A stretch of 64,000 nucleotides of DNA from Raillietiella orientalis (Eukaryota). Position 1 is the first letter of the stretch; each line of letters begins with the position of its first letter. This document shows positions 51,190 through 61,789 of this stretch, in pieces. Position numbers and translations under genes: made by a program. Location of the stretch: assembly GCA_036172245.1 (NCBI GenBank), contig JAYWIR010000009.1, positions 1,364,001 to 1,428,000 on the forward strand, read 5' to 3'. Below the pieces are notes generated by a model. It was given only the letters and a program-made list of their open reading frames with translations, was not told the DNA's origin and made no database searches.

Positions 51190-51400
51190 TGTGTCGAGCG
51201 GATGTCTATATGTAGCCCCTGCCCTTTCGGGGCATTAACAGATTGGGAACGTTTCACGCGTGTCATTGTTGGTCGAGTGCCCCTGGTTCGGGATATTAGG
51301 AGATGGCGAACGTTCCACGCGTGTCGTTGATGGCGGAGTGCTCGTAGCCCGCCCCCTCGGGGCGCTCGTAGATCGGGAACGTCTCACACGTGTCGTTGTG
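51190..51400. repeat. Degenerate tandem repeat, three 60-70-bp units with a conserved 29-bp core
   Basis: Cores agattgggaacgtttcacgcgtgtcattg (51240), agatggcgaacgttccacgcgtgtcgttg (51301), agatcgggaacgtctcacacgtgtcgttg (51370). Confidence 0.9.
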
Positions 51401-51876
51401 TACGGTCGGCTGCTTGCTCGTTCATAGCTTGCGGAAATTCAGGCGTGCCGCCTCGGAGGATGCACACGTGGAGCAGCAGGCCTCGAGGGCATCTCCCGAA
51501 CGGCGTTGTCTCTCACCTCGGGGCCCGGGTGGAGACTCGGGTGGGAACCCCTGCACCGTGAAGAAACTCATCCTCCGCGGAGTTGCTCAGGGAAGGGCCT
51601 CCCGTGAGTGGACGCGGGGTGACGGCAGAGGAGGGCGCCACCTGCACGCGGAAAGGAAGGAAGGGAAGCAGAAGGGCCAGGGAGCGTGCAGGCGCGCGCA
51701 GCCACCGTTTAAGGGAGGCGCCGCGAAGACGAGCGGGACGCTTCCGCTTGCAGGCTCTGCGCGAGCCCGTTTCCCGAACAGGAGGGGCTGCGCGATAACT
51801 GAAAGAGGATCTCAGGGGCCCGGAAAGCTCTCGTTTTCAGGTTTTGTTTCATCCAGGAGGAAACAAAGGAAAGCAA

Positions 51877-51882
51877 TTTATT
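51877..51882 (-). terminator. Candidate polyadenylation signal (AATAAA) of tap/neurogenin
   Basis: First AATAAA on the minus strand after the stop codon (about 290 nt downstream), followed by T/GT-rich sequence. Confidence 0.6.
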
Positions 51883-52170
51883 CTCTCCTGCTGGCTGCGG
51901 AACAAACGAACGGATCCCTTGAGCGCTAGGGGGCGTGCCTTTGGAGGCGGCAGCCACCCCGAAGCAGGCGAAAGGGAAGGTGCGTACCGGAAGCTCCCGC
52001 CTGCGGAGGCTGGGCGGGCGCAGCTTGGGGAGGAGTAGAGCGCGCCTCCCAGAGTTACCTCCGCTGCCTTCCGGACGGCGCCCCCGCCCGGAGGTTCTGA
52101 GAAGAGTTCGGGAGGCTCCAGGCTTGACTAGATCGGGAGGAGCAGGGGGAGAGGGATTGGACGGCAGCTT

Positions 52171-52611
52171 TCAGCTCTGGAACCCCGGCAGGGCTTCGCT
52201 GCCGTTGAGATATGAGTAGGACACGCAGGGGGGCGGGTTGCATCCGGGCCATCCCTGTCCGGGGGAAGGCAGGAACGGGGTCTGGCCTGTCGTCGGCTGC
52301 AAGGACTGGTTGCGCGGCAGATGCGTGTTGCTGGTCACCAGGTTGCCGTCTCCGGTGACGCTGACCGTGACTCCTCCCACGCTCACGGTGACGCCGTTGC
52401 TGTTCCCCTGGTCCAGGAGGCTCAGCGTCTGAGTGAGTGCCCAGATGTAGTTGTTGGCGAAGCGCAGCGTCTCTATCTTGGTGAGCTTGGTCTCGTCAGG
52501 GAACGTGGGGAGCACCCGCCGCAGCCTGTCCAGGGCGTGGTTCAGCATGTGCATCCGATTCCTTTCGCGGTCGTTGGCCTTCATCCGCCTGTGCTTCTTG
52601 ACATGCAGCAC
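52171..52611 (-). CDS. tap: Neurogenin/Tap-family bHLH transcription factor, last coding exon (whole bHLH domain plus C-terminus)
   Basis: Translates [63 protein letters not shown], the neurogenin-type bHLH signature. Acceptor ...gtccttcag|GTG at 52612/52611; TGA stop at 52173-52171. Confidence 0.95.
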   Translation of the reverse strand: MLHVKKHRRMKANDRERNRMHMLNHALDRLRRVLPTFPDETKLTKIETLRFANNYIWALTQTLSLLDQGNSNGVTVSVGGVTVSVTGDGNLVTSNTHLPRNQSLQPTTGQTPFLPSPGQGWPGCNPPPCVSYSYLNGSEALPGFQS

Positions 52612-54451
52612 CTGAAGGACGTCGAGGGCTGTTGAGTTCGGAGGGGTGGGAACAAGCGGAGGGGATGGAAGAGGAAGGGGGGGGGGAGAGAAGGAGAAGA
52701 AAGGAGCGGCGGCGAAGAGTGAAGGGCTGACGTCAAAGGCGGAGGAGGGGCGGGGAGGAGGACGAGGTCGTTGCAAAGACGGGGGAGGCGACTCCATCCG
52801 GAGACAGCAGCAACGATCTTCGTGGTCCAGGGTGCCACTTTCCCCTCCGGATATCAAAACTATTTACTCCCCCCCCCCTCCCCTATCCATCCCTTCGGCT
52901 CCGCGAGAGCCCTTTCTGGCGGAGGACGGAACGAGGACGAAAAGGAGGAGGAGCGACAGGAGTTGAGGGGCTCCCGCTGATGGCTGAGATCCAGCCGCAG
53001 TGCCTCCTTCATAGAACCCACCCACCCTCCTCCCTTTCTTCCCCGTGACTCCCGAGCTCTTCTGCCCATCCCCTCCCACCTCCTTCCTCGGGGGTTCCGG
53101 GAAATGCGGGTGGAGCCAACAGGGCCGCGAGCGAGGGGGTGCCGCCGCGTGGATGTCCCTCCTAGCGCGCACTTCCCTACCGGGGCCGCTCTCTCTCCCT
53201 TACTCTCTCTCTTCCCCGCGACTCCCCTTTCCCGAAATCCTCCCGAAATCCTCCCGTCCCTCTCGATAAATCACGCGCGCCTGACGCGCCGCGTTTTCAA
53301 GGTCCGCCGCCGCGCTCGCGCGCGCCCTGCCGGCCGCCACCGGCGCCTCCTCCGCCGAGCAACCACCAGCCGGGAGGGAGGACGCTCTCCCGGCCGCCGT
53401 CCCGGGAACCCCTCGCGCATTCGGACCTTCTCTCCGAGAAAAACAGCTGGCTGGAGGAGCCCGAGGCTGCCCGGGTCTCGACAGGAGGAGGAAGGGAGGA
53501 ACTCCGGAGACGGTAGAGTGGGAGGAGGCGCCCACTGCCCGGGAGGCCTCCTTCATTCCTGCTCCCCCTACCCCTTCCCTTCACTTCCTTCCCGCGGCGG
53601 CGCCATCTGACGGGGACGGGAGATGCTCCACTGAGAGGGAGGAGGGGGAGGGGCGGGGACGAGGGGAAAAAGAGGGAAGGGATTTCCCCTCTTCCATCCC
53701 CACTCGCCTCCCCGCTGTCGCGTGAATCGGGAACCCCGCGAAGGGGTGGGGAATGGGCGGGATGGGTGCAAAGGGGGGAGAGGTGGCGGACCTGTGCGCG
53801 CGAGGGGCGGAGAAAAGGGGATGGGAGATCCCCGGGATCACGCGCTCGTGTGTCACCGTTTCCCGGGAAGCCCCGAGGCCAGCGGAGGTGCTCCCGACGC
53901 TCCCCCAGGCAGAGCGTCTCCGACCCCCTCCCTCGGCTTCCCGAGAGAGCTGCTCCGAGGGGCTCCCGGAGGACTGGAGACTCCCCATCCCCTCCCTTCC
54001 GTCCCCGATCTCTTGCAGGAGAAGCGGGAAGCTCTCTGCGGTCAGAGGTCAACCCCTCTTCTCCCGGGAAAGACTGCAAGCAAGTGGACCGCAGAGGAAG
54101 GTGACTCGCACGCCCTCCACAGCCAAGGGCGACCCCTGCCGGCGCGCGCGGGGTCCTTCCCTCCCATCTATCCCACGATGAGTCCTCTGGGAAACTGGGA
54201 AAAATCTCGGACCGGAATCGGCCTCCCGGGATCCTCGTCCGGGAGAGCGAGCGACCCCTGAACCCTGAGCTAGAAGCAGCTCGCGGGTCCTGCCGGAAGT
54301 CCGCGTCTTCCCAAGGGGAAGAAGAGGGAGGGAACTCTCGCGCGTATTTCCCTGCTCCTGACCCTCACGAGGGAAGACGGGGAGCGGGATGGGAGGTAGT
54401 GGGAGGTAGGGGGTGACTGACCCCTGGACGGCGACGAGGCGTTGCGCCTAC
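52612..54451 (-). other. GT-AG intron (1840 nt, phase 0) of the tap/neurogenin gene
   Basis: Donor gtaggc at 54451, acceptor ttcag at 52612; frame is preserved and a conserved motif is restored across the junction. Confidence 0.85.
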
Positions 54452-54703
54452 CTGGGTGGGACTCCTGGCGCGGTTGACCCCGGCCTTGCTGGAACGCTTG
54501 CTGCCCGCAGGCCGGAGGGCAGGGCCGGAGGCGGGAGCGACCTCTCCGCCCTCGTGCGGCGGGCAACCAACGCCGGCTGGCTCTTTGCCTGCAGACCCGT
54601 CGTCCGAGCTCAGCAATTCCCCGAAGACCTGGAAGCTGCTTTGGTCCAGAAGAAGGGAGGCGGTGCCCACGCTGTCCGAGCTCTCGTCGCCTGGTTCAGA
54701 ACC
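54452..54703 (-). CDS. tap: Neurogenin/Tap upstream coding exon (GSEPGDESSDSVG...RARSPTQ); 5' boundary inferred
   Basis: Ends CAG|gtaggc in phase 0. Splicing gives [21 protein letters not shown], matching the RSPTQV..IK..RRMKAND pre-basic segment of insect Tap. Candidate acceptor ctgat...ccttcctccag|GGT at 54704/54703 is in the same frame. Confidence 0.8.
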
Positions 54704-55278
54704 CTGGAGGAAGGCAGCAGCGGGATCAGCAGGCGTGAGGGCACCGTTCGGCGACCCTGGGTACCCCCCTCCCTCGTCCGGAGAGGGCGGACGCTCCGCC
54801 GCCGACTCCCACGACCGAGGAGGAAGACGGACCCCCGGTAGCACCAGCCGCAGTGGTCCAGAGAGGGTGGAGGAAGAGGGATGAGGAGAGCAGCCTCCCC
54901 CATCAGGTGCGGCTCCAGATCTCCAGCCTCCATCGGGAGGAAGGGGAGGGGGCGGCAGGGAACGTTTGGATGCTGCATTCCTGCGGCCCGGCGGCTGGCA
55001 GACCGGAATCGCCGCGGTGCCACGTGACTCCAGAGCGTGTGGGAGGAGGTCCGGTCCCGAAGGAGCTCCATGGCTGGCCTGCTCCCTCCCTCCTCCCCCA
55101 TCCGGAGAATTTCTCCCGGCGCAAAGTTTTTGCACCCAAACGGGCTCTCTTTTTCCCCGACGGTCCCGATTTCCGATCGGGAACGCTCGCGAGAGGAATC
55201 GCCCTTGCTGCTCGCAAACAACCGCTCCGGAGGAGGACGCAAAGGAGACGCTTCCGGACAAACGGCAACGCCTCTTGA

Positions 55279-55300
55279 AGCAGCAGCAGCAGCAGCAGCA
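55279..55300. repeat. (AGC)7 trinucleotide repeat upstream of the tap coding exon
   Basis: Direct reading. Confidence 0.9.
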
Positions 55301-55576
55301 CGCGGGCGTCGTGGTCGCGCCCCGCACCGAGCGCGGACTCGCATGCGGCCTCCGAGGGCGCCCGGGAAGCGGAGGCTTCGTCCGAGCCATCCTTTATCTT
55401 CGCCCGTCCTCCCGCTTCGACGGCCCTCGCCGCCGCTCTTCCCTTCTGGCTGCGGCCAACTGCCTCCGGGAAGCGTGCCGGAGCAGGTCCGTCCGTCACT
55501 CCTTCGATCGCCGGGCAGCATCTGGATGCCGGGGTAACCGTTCGCTGCGCGCACGTTCCCCCCGGTCGCGCGGCCA

Positions 55577-55599
55577 GCGCGCGCGCGCGCGCGCGCGCG
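55577..55599. repeat. (GC)11 alternating purine-pyrimidine tract
   Basis: Direct reading. Confidence 0.95.
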
Positions 55600-55949
55600 T
55601 TCCGGTAGCCGTCAGACGGGGTGAGCGTGCGCACGCGCGCGGTGACGTCCGTCTGAAGGCCGTCTGGCAGCTCCCCCGTGCGTCGCGCGCGCATCCCGGC
55701 GCACGCCTTCCGGGCTGCCAGCCTCCTCGAGCGAAAGGGAAAAGGAAAGGAGAAAAAGAAAAAGGAAAAAAAGGAAAAGGGGGGGAAGGGGGAGGTGGGG
55801 GGGGGGGGGGTGGACGAGACGCCCAACTCCTCATCCCGTCGGCCCACCGACGTCCCACCCCGATGAATCGCTCCGCCGCCGCCGCCAGGAATTCCTCCCG
55901 CGCACGCTTCCTTTCCTCCTCCTTGCCGCTCGACAATCGATGAATCACG

Positions 55950-56085
55950 GTGTCATCATTGTGACGTCCGCTCTTCCGCGCATTGTAATTGTTGTAATCC
56001 GATCGTGTCCCAGCTGCAGCGACGCGCGCCATCCTGTTTTATAGTCCGTTTCCATTGACAACCGCCGTCGCGGGAGCATTGTTCC
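55950..56085 (-). promoter_or_regulatory. Candidate promoter/proximal enhancer of tap: TATAAAA plus three Sox-type CATTGT sites and an E-box
   Basis: TATAAAA on minus at 56043-56037; CATTGT at 55957, 55981 and 56077; CAGCTG at 56011. AT-richer patch inside a CpG-rich region upstream of the gene. Confidence 0.45.
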
Positions 56086-57272
56086 TCCTTGCCTGCATGG
56101 AACATTCGTAGGAACACATCGCGCGGCGACTGCCATTCCTAGGAACGGGAAAAGAGCGGGGGAAGGAAAAAAAAGGAAAATGTGGATCGGAAATCCTCGC
56201 CGCCGGCTTTTGTCCTGGTTCGAGCTGCGATCCCGACGTCCAGAAAAACGCTCGGCGAGATTGGATTTGTTTGGCTGGCCGGATTAAAAGGAAGGGAAGC
56301 AGGAAGCGGAGGGAGGGAAACACGGGAGAGTAGGAGGAAAAGAGGCAGTTGTCCCGGCTCGGGCACACGAAAGTGCCGCCGCCGCCGCCGAAGCGCGCGC
56401 GCGGTGGGGGGGGGGGGGGGGGGGAGAAGCGGCGCTCTCGGGTTACGAGACGCACGGGACCGGGAGAGCCAGACGCTTTTCCGACAGCATCCTCCCGCGC
56501 TCTGTTTGGGGAAGGGGGAGGGGAGGGGGGAGGGATAGCGCGCTTTGCTCATCTGCACGGACACCTGAGTGCATGAGGTGCTCCCACATCGTCATCGCAG
56601 AATCCGAAAGATGATGGTGGGGGATGACTTCGCCTCTCTCTCGACCGCTGCTTGTCCTCCTGCTGCCTGCACCGGGAGGGACGTCGGGCGGAAGAGGAGG
56701 AAGGGAAGAGAGAGGAGGCGGCGGACTTGGCTGCTGAAGAGCAGGGAGCTGCCCGCTACCAGCTCCTCTCTTCTTTCGTCCTTCCCCCCTCCCCCCTCCT
56801 TCCCGCTCTTCCCGGATGCTGGATCCTCGATGCTGTTCCCTCGCGCATCCCGAACCACGCTCTCTCTTGCCCGTGCCTGCACACACGCACATGCCCGTGG
56901 ACCCACGCGAGGATCGCGCACGTCCAGAAACCCCCCGATCCCTCTTGCAGGGGGGCATCCGTGTTCGGGACCTCCCGAAAGGCGCGCGGGGAATTCGGAA
57001 AAGATCGCGGCGGCCCTGCGGGTCGATGAGCGGTCACAGCAGCCAGGCAGAGCGCCACGGGCGGATGGACGGAATCGGGACATAGATGCGTAAAAACCTT
57101 CCGTGGTCAAGGGCTCCCGTCTCTGCATCCTGGAGATCGCTGCTGCTTTTCAACCCGAATGCGGGATGGATCCTCGTCCCGGATTCTCTCCCACTCGCGG
57201 GGAGAGCCCCAGCCACTCGCGACAGCGGCAGCATCCGCTCCATGGACCGCGGTGGCGGTCGCACGTCGCGGA

Positions 57273-57480
57273 CTCACCTCGCACGCTCGGGACCACCCTT
57301 GGCAGGCGCGGCAGTCCCCGGCCCGGTCCCCTACGGACCCACGGCCCACGAATGCTACGAGAGCAGCGACGCGGGCTTGCGATGGGCGACGAGTCCAGGG
57401 GCTTCCGTTCCCGGGCACGCGGGGACGCTCTTCTTCGCGAAGAACCAAGAGCGCGCCTTCCCTGTTTTTCCCTCCCCGTC
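57273..57480 (+). repeat. Inverted repeat, left arm
   Basis: Core 57301-57449 has 3 mismatches in 149 bp to the reverse complement of 58498-58646; similarity fades beyond the core. Confidence 0.95.
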
Positions 57481-58059
57481 TCCCGACAGCCTCCTCTTGT
57501 TGTGAGCCACCCGACCACCTCTGTCATGCAGGCGCGTTCCAGGAAGGCGGAGATCAAGGAGGTGGCTCAAGAAAGGCATCAAATGAGTGCGCAGTAGGCA
57601 CGCGATGGGGGAGGCGAGGAAAAACGAGGAACTTTGGATGGGAGGAAAGCGCAGGGACCACCGCGGATCGCGAGGAAGGGAGAAGAGTCCTCGGAAGCGA
57701 CCTCTTCCGGCAGCATGCCGACGCAGGGAGGGTCCGTTCCCGTTCATCCGGGTTGCCCACGTCGAGTCGCACACGGGAACCCAGCAGTCGAGGAGGAAAA
57801 GGGGAGGGGGAGAGAGGGCGCATTTCGAAGGAGGGGTCCAGGAGGCGCGCGCCGAAGAAAGCAGACGGCCTCTCTCTGTCGCGAGGCGGCGGCTCGCGCC
57901 CACCACCCAAGGAGCTTCCCGTGTCCGGCCGAACCGGAAGGTCGCGCCAGTTCCCTCCGAGGCGGATCTCCTTCGCTGCCCCTCTTTCGGCGCGAAGTGC
58001 GCCGGAAGGCGGAGTTCGTCCTTCGAGGTCGAGCGGCACTTGCAGCGCAGCCGGGCGGG

Positions 58060-58680
58060 AGCGCGCGGACCCCCACAGACACCCCTCATCCCTCGCGGGC
58101 AGGAACGACGCGGGGAAGGCCGAGGCTCATCGTCCGAGATGGCATCGTCCCGCCCCCACCCACCCCTTCCTTCCAACCTGGAGGAAAGTGTCGCTCTCTT
58201 CGAAAGGAAGAAGGAACTCACACGCCGGCGGTGCCGATTTGCGAATTCCCCCCGGGAAGAGGGAACAACAATGGCGCCCGTGACGACTTGCCGGAGAGCC
58301 TGCGAGGCGCGTCGAGGGGAAGCCCTGCGCCGAACAATAAAGTTCCCAACACCTGAAGGGTTCGCCGTTCCCGGGGATGTTCGGGAATCCCGTGCCCATG
58401 GAGCAACGCAAAACGGGGAAGGCTCCCTGCGCATCCGCGTGGGCGCGCATCTTTGGAGGATGCAGAAAGGACGCAGGGAGCGAAAAACCGGGAAGCGCTT
58501 GGTTCTTCGCGAAGAAGAGCGTCCCCGCGTGCCCGGGAACGGAAGCCCCTGGACTCTTCGCCCATCGCAAGCCCGCGTCGCTGCTCTCGTAGCATTCGTG
58601 GGCCGTGGGTCCGTAGGGAACCGGGCCGGGGATTGCCGCGCCTGCCTAGTGTGGCCCCGAGCATGCGAGGGCAAGGTGAG
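58060..58680 (+). mobile_element. Non-LTR RT N-terminal fossil, including the right inverted-repeat arm
   Basis: LPSNLEESVALFERKK, PEGFAVPG, EDAERT, GNRAGDC remnants in RT order. Confidence 0.35.
58470..58680 (-). repeat. Inverted repeat, right arm
   Basis: Partner of 57273-57480. Confidence 0.95.
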
Positions 58681-59479
58681 GGCCCCCCGATCGAAATCCT
58701 GAGCCGTTCCGAAAAAGCTCGTTCTGGCTGCGCGCTCACGGCGAAACGGGAAGGGAAGGGAGCGATGAGCTGCTGCGACCCTTTTGCTCTCACTAAAGGG
58801 AGGGGGGGGGAGGAGAGAGAGCCACTACGTACCTTGAGGCAGCTCATTTCTCTTGCTCCGGCTTCCCGAGACCATACTCCCACTCATTCCATTCCGCGGG
58901 GACTGCAGGAGGGAGCACGACTGACTACACGCGCGCACTTCTACCAGCACATCCCCAGGGCAGTCCGAATCCTTCGCTCGCTGTGCCCTCCAGTTCAGCC
59001 AGAGCGTAGGCACACACGCTTATTAAGGGTGGTGTGCAGGGGTCTTTTCAATGACACGCGATCCTTCGCCCCACCCACTGTGAATAGTGCTGCTGCTTTG
59101 CTGCGGCAGTAATCCCTTTTTGTATGGTCAGTGATTTTTCACGTTGCAAAAAAAAAAAAAAAACAGAAACGAAAAGAACAGAAACATGAGAGGAAAAGAA
59201 AAAAAAAGGAAGCAAGGAAGGAAGGAAGGTAAAAATGAGCGCGCAAAAGTTTTTCCTTTCTTTTGCCTTTTTTTTTCTCCCTCTTTTTTTTTTTTTCTTT
59301 TTTTTTAGCCTCTCCCTGGAAACGAACCTGGCCAACCTCGCTGATTATGAATCAGCTGTTCTCTTTTTTGCAAGAAACCTCTTCGGCATCAAGAGATGGT
59401 TTGTTTTCGAGTCCTCCTTCCGGAGGAAAAGTTACGGGGGGTCGTCGCCGCTCGCCATCATGCGAATCCTGCCCTGACT

Positions 59480-60115
59480 TCTTCACAAGACCCAAGTGGA
59501 ACCCCTTCGTCGTGGCAGCCATTGCCTGAACAGCCCCGTGACACCGGGACCTCGTGTCCTTCCTGACCTCCCCTCAAGGAGGAGTCGAACCTTTTCCCGT
59601 TTCCAGGAACGAGCTGGAAGCGCAACGTGTGCTTCCCCTGACGAGGCTGGAAGGCGCGCGAAGTGACTAAGGAAGCTGTGAGGAAAGCCCTTCCTTGCAT
59701 TCCTTCATGAAATTCCGCATCTTTTAGATGAACGTTCCCAAGGGAGATGCCCAAAGACCTACGGATTTTCACGTAGAGATGGATTTTTTCTCAAGCTCCC
59801 AGGATCCGGAGACATGGGCTGCTGCTCCCAGTGGTCCCTCGCACGAGGACCCTGTTCTTGGCTGCTTCGCCGTTGCCAGGTGATTCCTCTTTCTTGCGGA
59901 CGCACCACCGGCTGATCGCCGATGGCTCTGCGCTGGAGTGCTTGCAACCTCTCTCAGCGTCGGGCAGCTCGTCGGCGCCACCTCCGTAGTCGAGGTCGCC
60001 TGCGAAAGGAAGAGATGCAACAAGCCGTGAGGCAGAGCCGAAAAAGAAGAATCAGTCATGGGGACGAAGGCTAAGGATAAAAAAAAAAAGAAAAAGAAAA
60101 GAATCGGCAGCAGGA
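59480..60115 (-). mobile_element. PIF/Harbinger transposase fossil, copy A
   Basis: HWEQQPMSPDPG, then LVTSRAFQPRQGKHTLRFQL (VTLR.LATG.S..SL.FQF like); 59798-60020 is near-identical to 61794-62016. Confidence 0.5.
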
Positions 60116-60144
60116 AGGAACGGAGGAAGGACTTCTTACTGTTG

Positions 60145-60600
60145 GGAACTCGGAAAGGATCCTCTCCTGGAATTTCTTCCCCGGAGGGAACCCGCAAGGG
60201 AACCGCTCCTTGCTTTCCTCCTCTGGAGAGAACCCCCCGAAGGGACGCTTCCCAATCTCTCTGAAGAACGCTTCCTCGAAGGGAGCAACGCGCTTCTTGC
60301 ACTCTGGAGAAACGTCAATCCACCAGCTCGATGGCACGAGATGCCGGTCATCCCCTGAGGGGTGGGGGGACGGCTCCATTCGCACAACCGGAGGGAGACT
60401 TGAAGAGAATCGGCTCCTGGATTTTTTCCTGGAAGAACCCTGAAGATCAACTTCCAATCTCGGCGAGTCAAAGGGGGCATCCGGCTTCCACCAGTGCCGC
60501 ATCCGAATGGGCCAACCAGCGTCATCCTGCTGGAGGGATTCGAACCCGTGACGCTTGGAGCTGCACGCGCAAAGCCCAAAGCCGCACGGCCGCCAACGCG
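60145..60600 (-). mobile_element. Long SINE-like family, copy 4 (single B-box head)
   Basis: Head TGGCGGCCGTGCGG...GGGTTCGAATCCC (60547-60535) joined directly to the body. Confidence 0.85.
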
Positions 60601-60618
60601 GACGAAAAGAAAAAAAAA

Positions 60619-60648
60619 CACACATACACACACACACACACACACACA
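60619..60648. repeat. (CA)n microsatellite, one interruption
   Basis: Direct reading. Confidence 0.95.
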
Positions 60649-61789
60649 GGCAAAGCTCGCCCCATCAGAATCCATCCCATCCCATCCCTGCATTCTACTT
60701 TTCCAATGGTTCTCGATTCTTCGTGATGCGAGATAACACCTGCAGAATCATCTACTGGCGTTCTTCCATGACCTGCAAGCAACAGTCGCTCGTTCCATTA
60801 AGAATGCGCAATGGCGGCGATGTACAAGTAATTAGCGTTTATAACCAGGAAAGATGCGAAGGATAGAAGTGCGGCAGTCCTATAAACAGTTGGAAGTTCC
60901 TCTTCCCCTCAACCCCTTCTTTTCATTCATTCCTTCTTTTTTTTTTTTTCCTTTCGTTTTTATGGAATGATTCAGCCTCCCAGATAACAAAGGAACCAGG
61001 GCAAACATGAAAGGGAAATCACGCAGCTACAGCTTAAAGAGAATGATTTATCAAGTCTGGTCGAAGTGTACGGTTTCCTGACTTTTATATCCCATCGGGC
61101 ACTTTCGGGATTAACTTAGGAGTCACTGATATGAGGAAAATCGCGAAATATCAGGCCGAAAAGCAAGAAGCACCGAGGAGGAAAACAACCGAACAAAGGA
61201 AATCAGCTCCGCGCTGCACACAAACAGCTCGCGAATGAGATTCTTCTTCCAGAATGGGACCAGAGACTTTTCAGAACTGCAGCCCTGCATCCTGAGCATC
61301 ACCGGTTTACAGACCTAGAAAAACCACAGGAGCGAAGGACATTGGTGGTGGTAGAGGGTGGATTGGACAAGGGCAACCGACGGTCCATGTGTTTCATCAT
61401 GACGAAGACGATGAGACGATGCTGGAGCCTGCGGAGTAACCGAAAGTCCGTGGATCGCCTCGTCAATGGAAGATCCAGTCATCTTGCACGTCGAGTGGGG
61501 CAATACGAAAACGATGAGCACACCTTTTCAGAGCCTGAACACCTTGGGGTGTCGGCAGACCTTGGGCAGGTTGACTTCGGACTCGAGGGTCAAAGTTTCC
61601 GTTTACCCATCACACCCTGATTCTCACCAGCTCATCATTGAAATGATGCGAAAAGAGCTAATCAGTTACGGATGCTTCGCACCACCATGAATTCTCGATC
61701 TTGTTCTGCCAAGTCCCGCTCGCCGTACACTCGAATCTCCTGATCTTCGCACCCACAACCGATTCCTCTTTGCGGACCCCGCCCCGCGG

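Noticed and set aside
51240..51398. CRISPR-like array (29-bp repeats, 32-40-bp spacers)
   Set aside because: Repeats are degenerate, spacers resemble each other, there are no cas genes and the context is eukaryotic.
51541..52652. Su(H)-type GTGGGAA sites at 51541 and 52646
   Set aside because: Single, unpaired and lacking the preferred 5' pyrimidine; expected by chance.
52612..52857. N-terminal Pro-rich part of the 228-aa ORF as real protein
   Set aside because: It is the pyrimidine-rich 3' end of the intron; splicing from 54452 restores the conserved motif instead.
54610..55943. Several 300+ aa ORFs over the tap 5' region, including a poly-Q frame on the plus strand
   Set aside because: Stop-poor CpG-island sequence with no recognisable domain.
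57159..58702. Long overlapping ORFs (371-439 aa)
   Set aside because: Arg/Gly/Pro-rich, open in several frames because of high GC, no coherent domain; only scattered LINE-like remnants.
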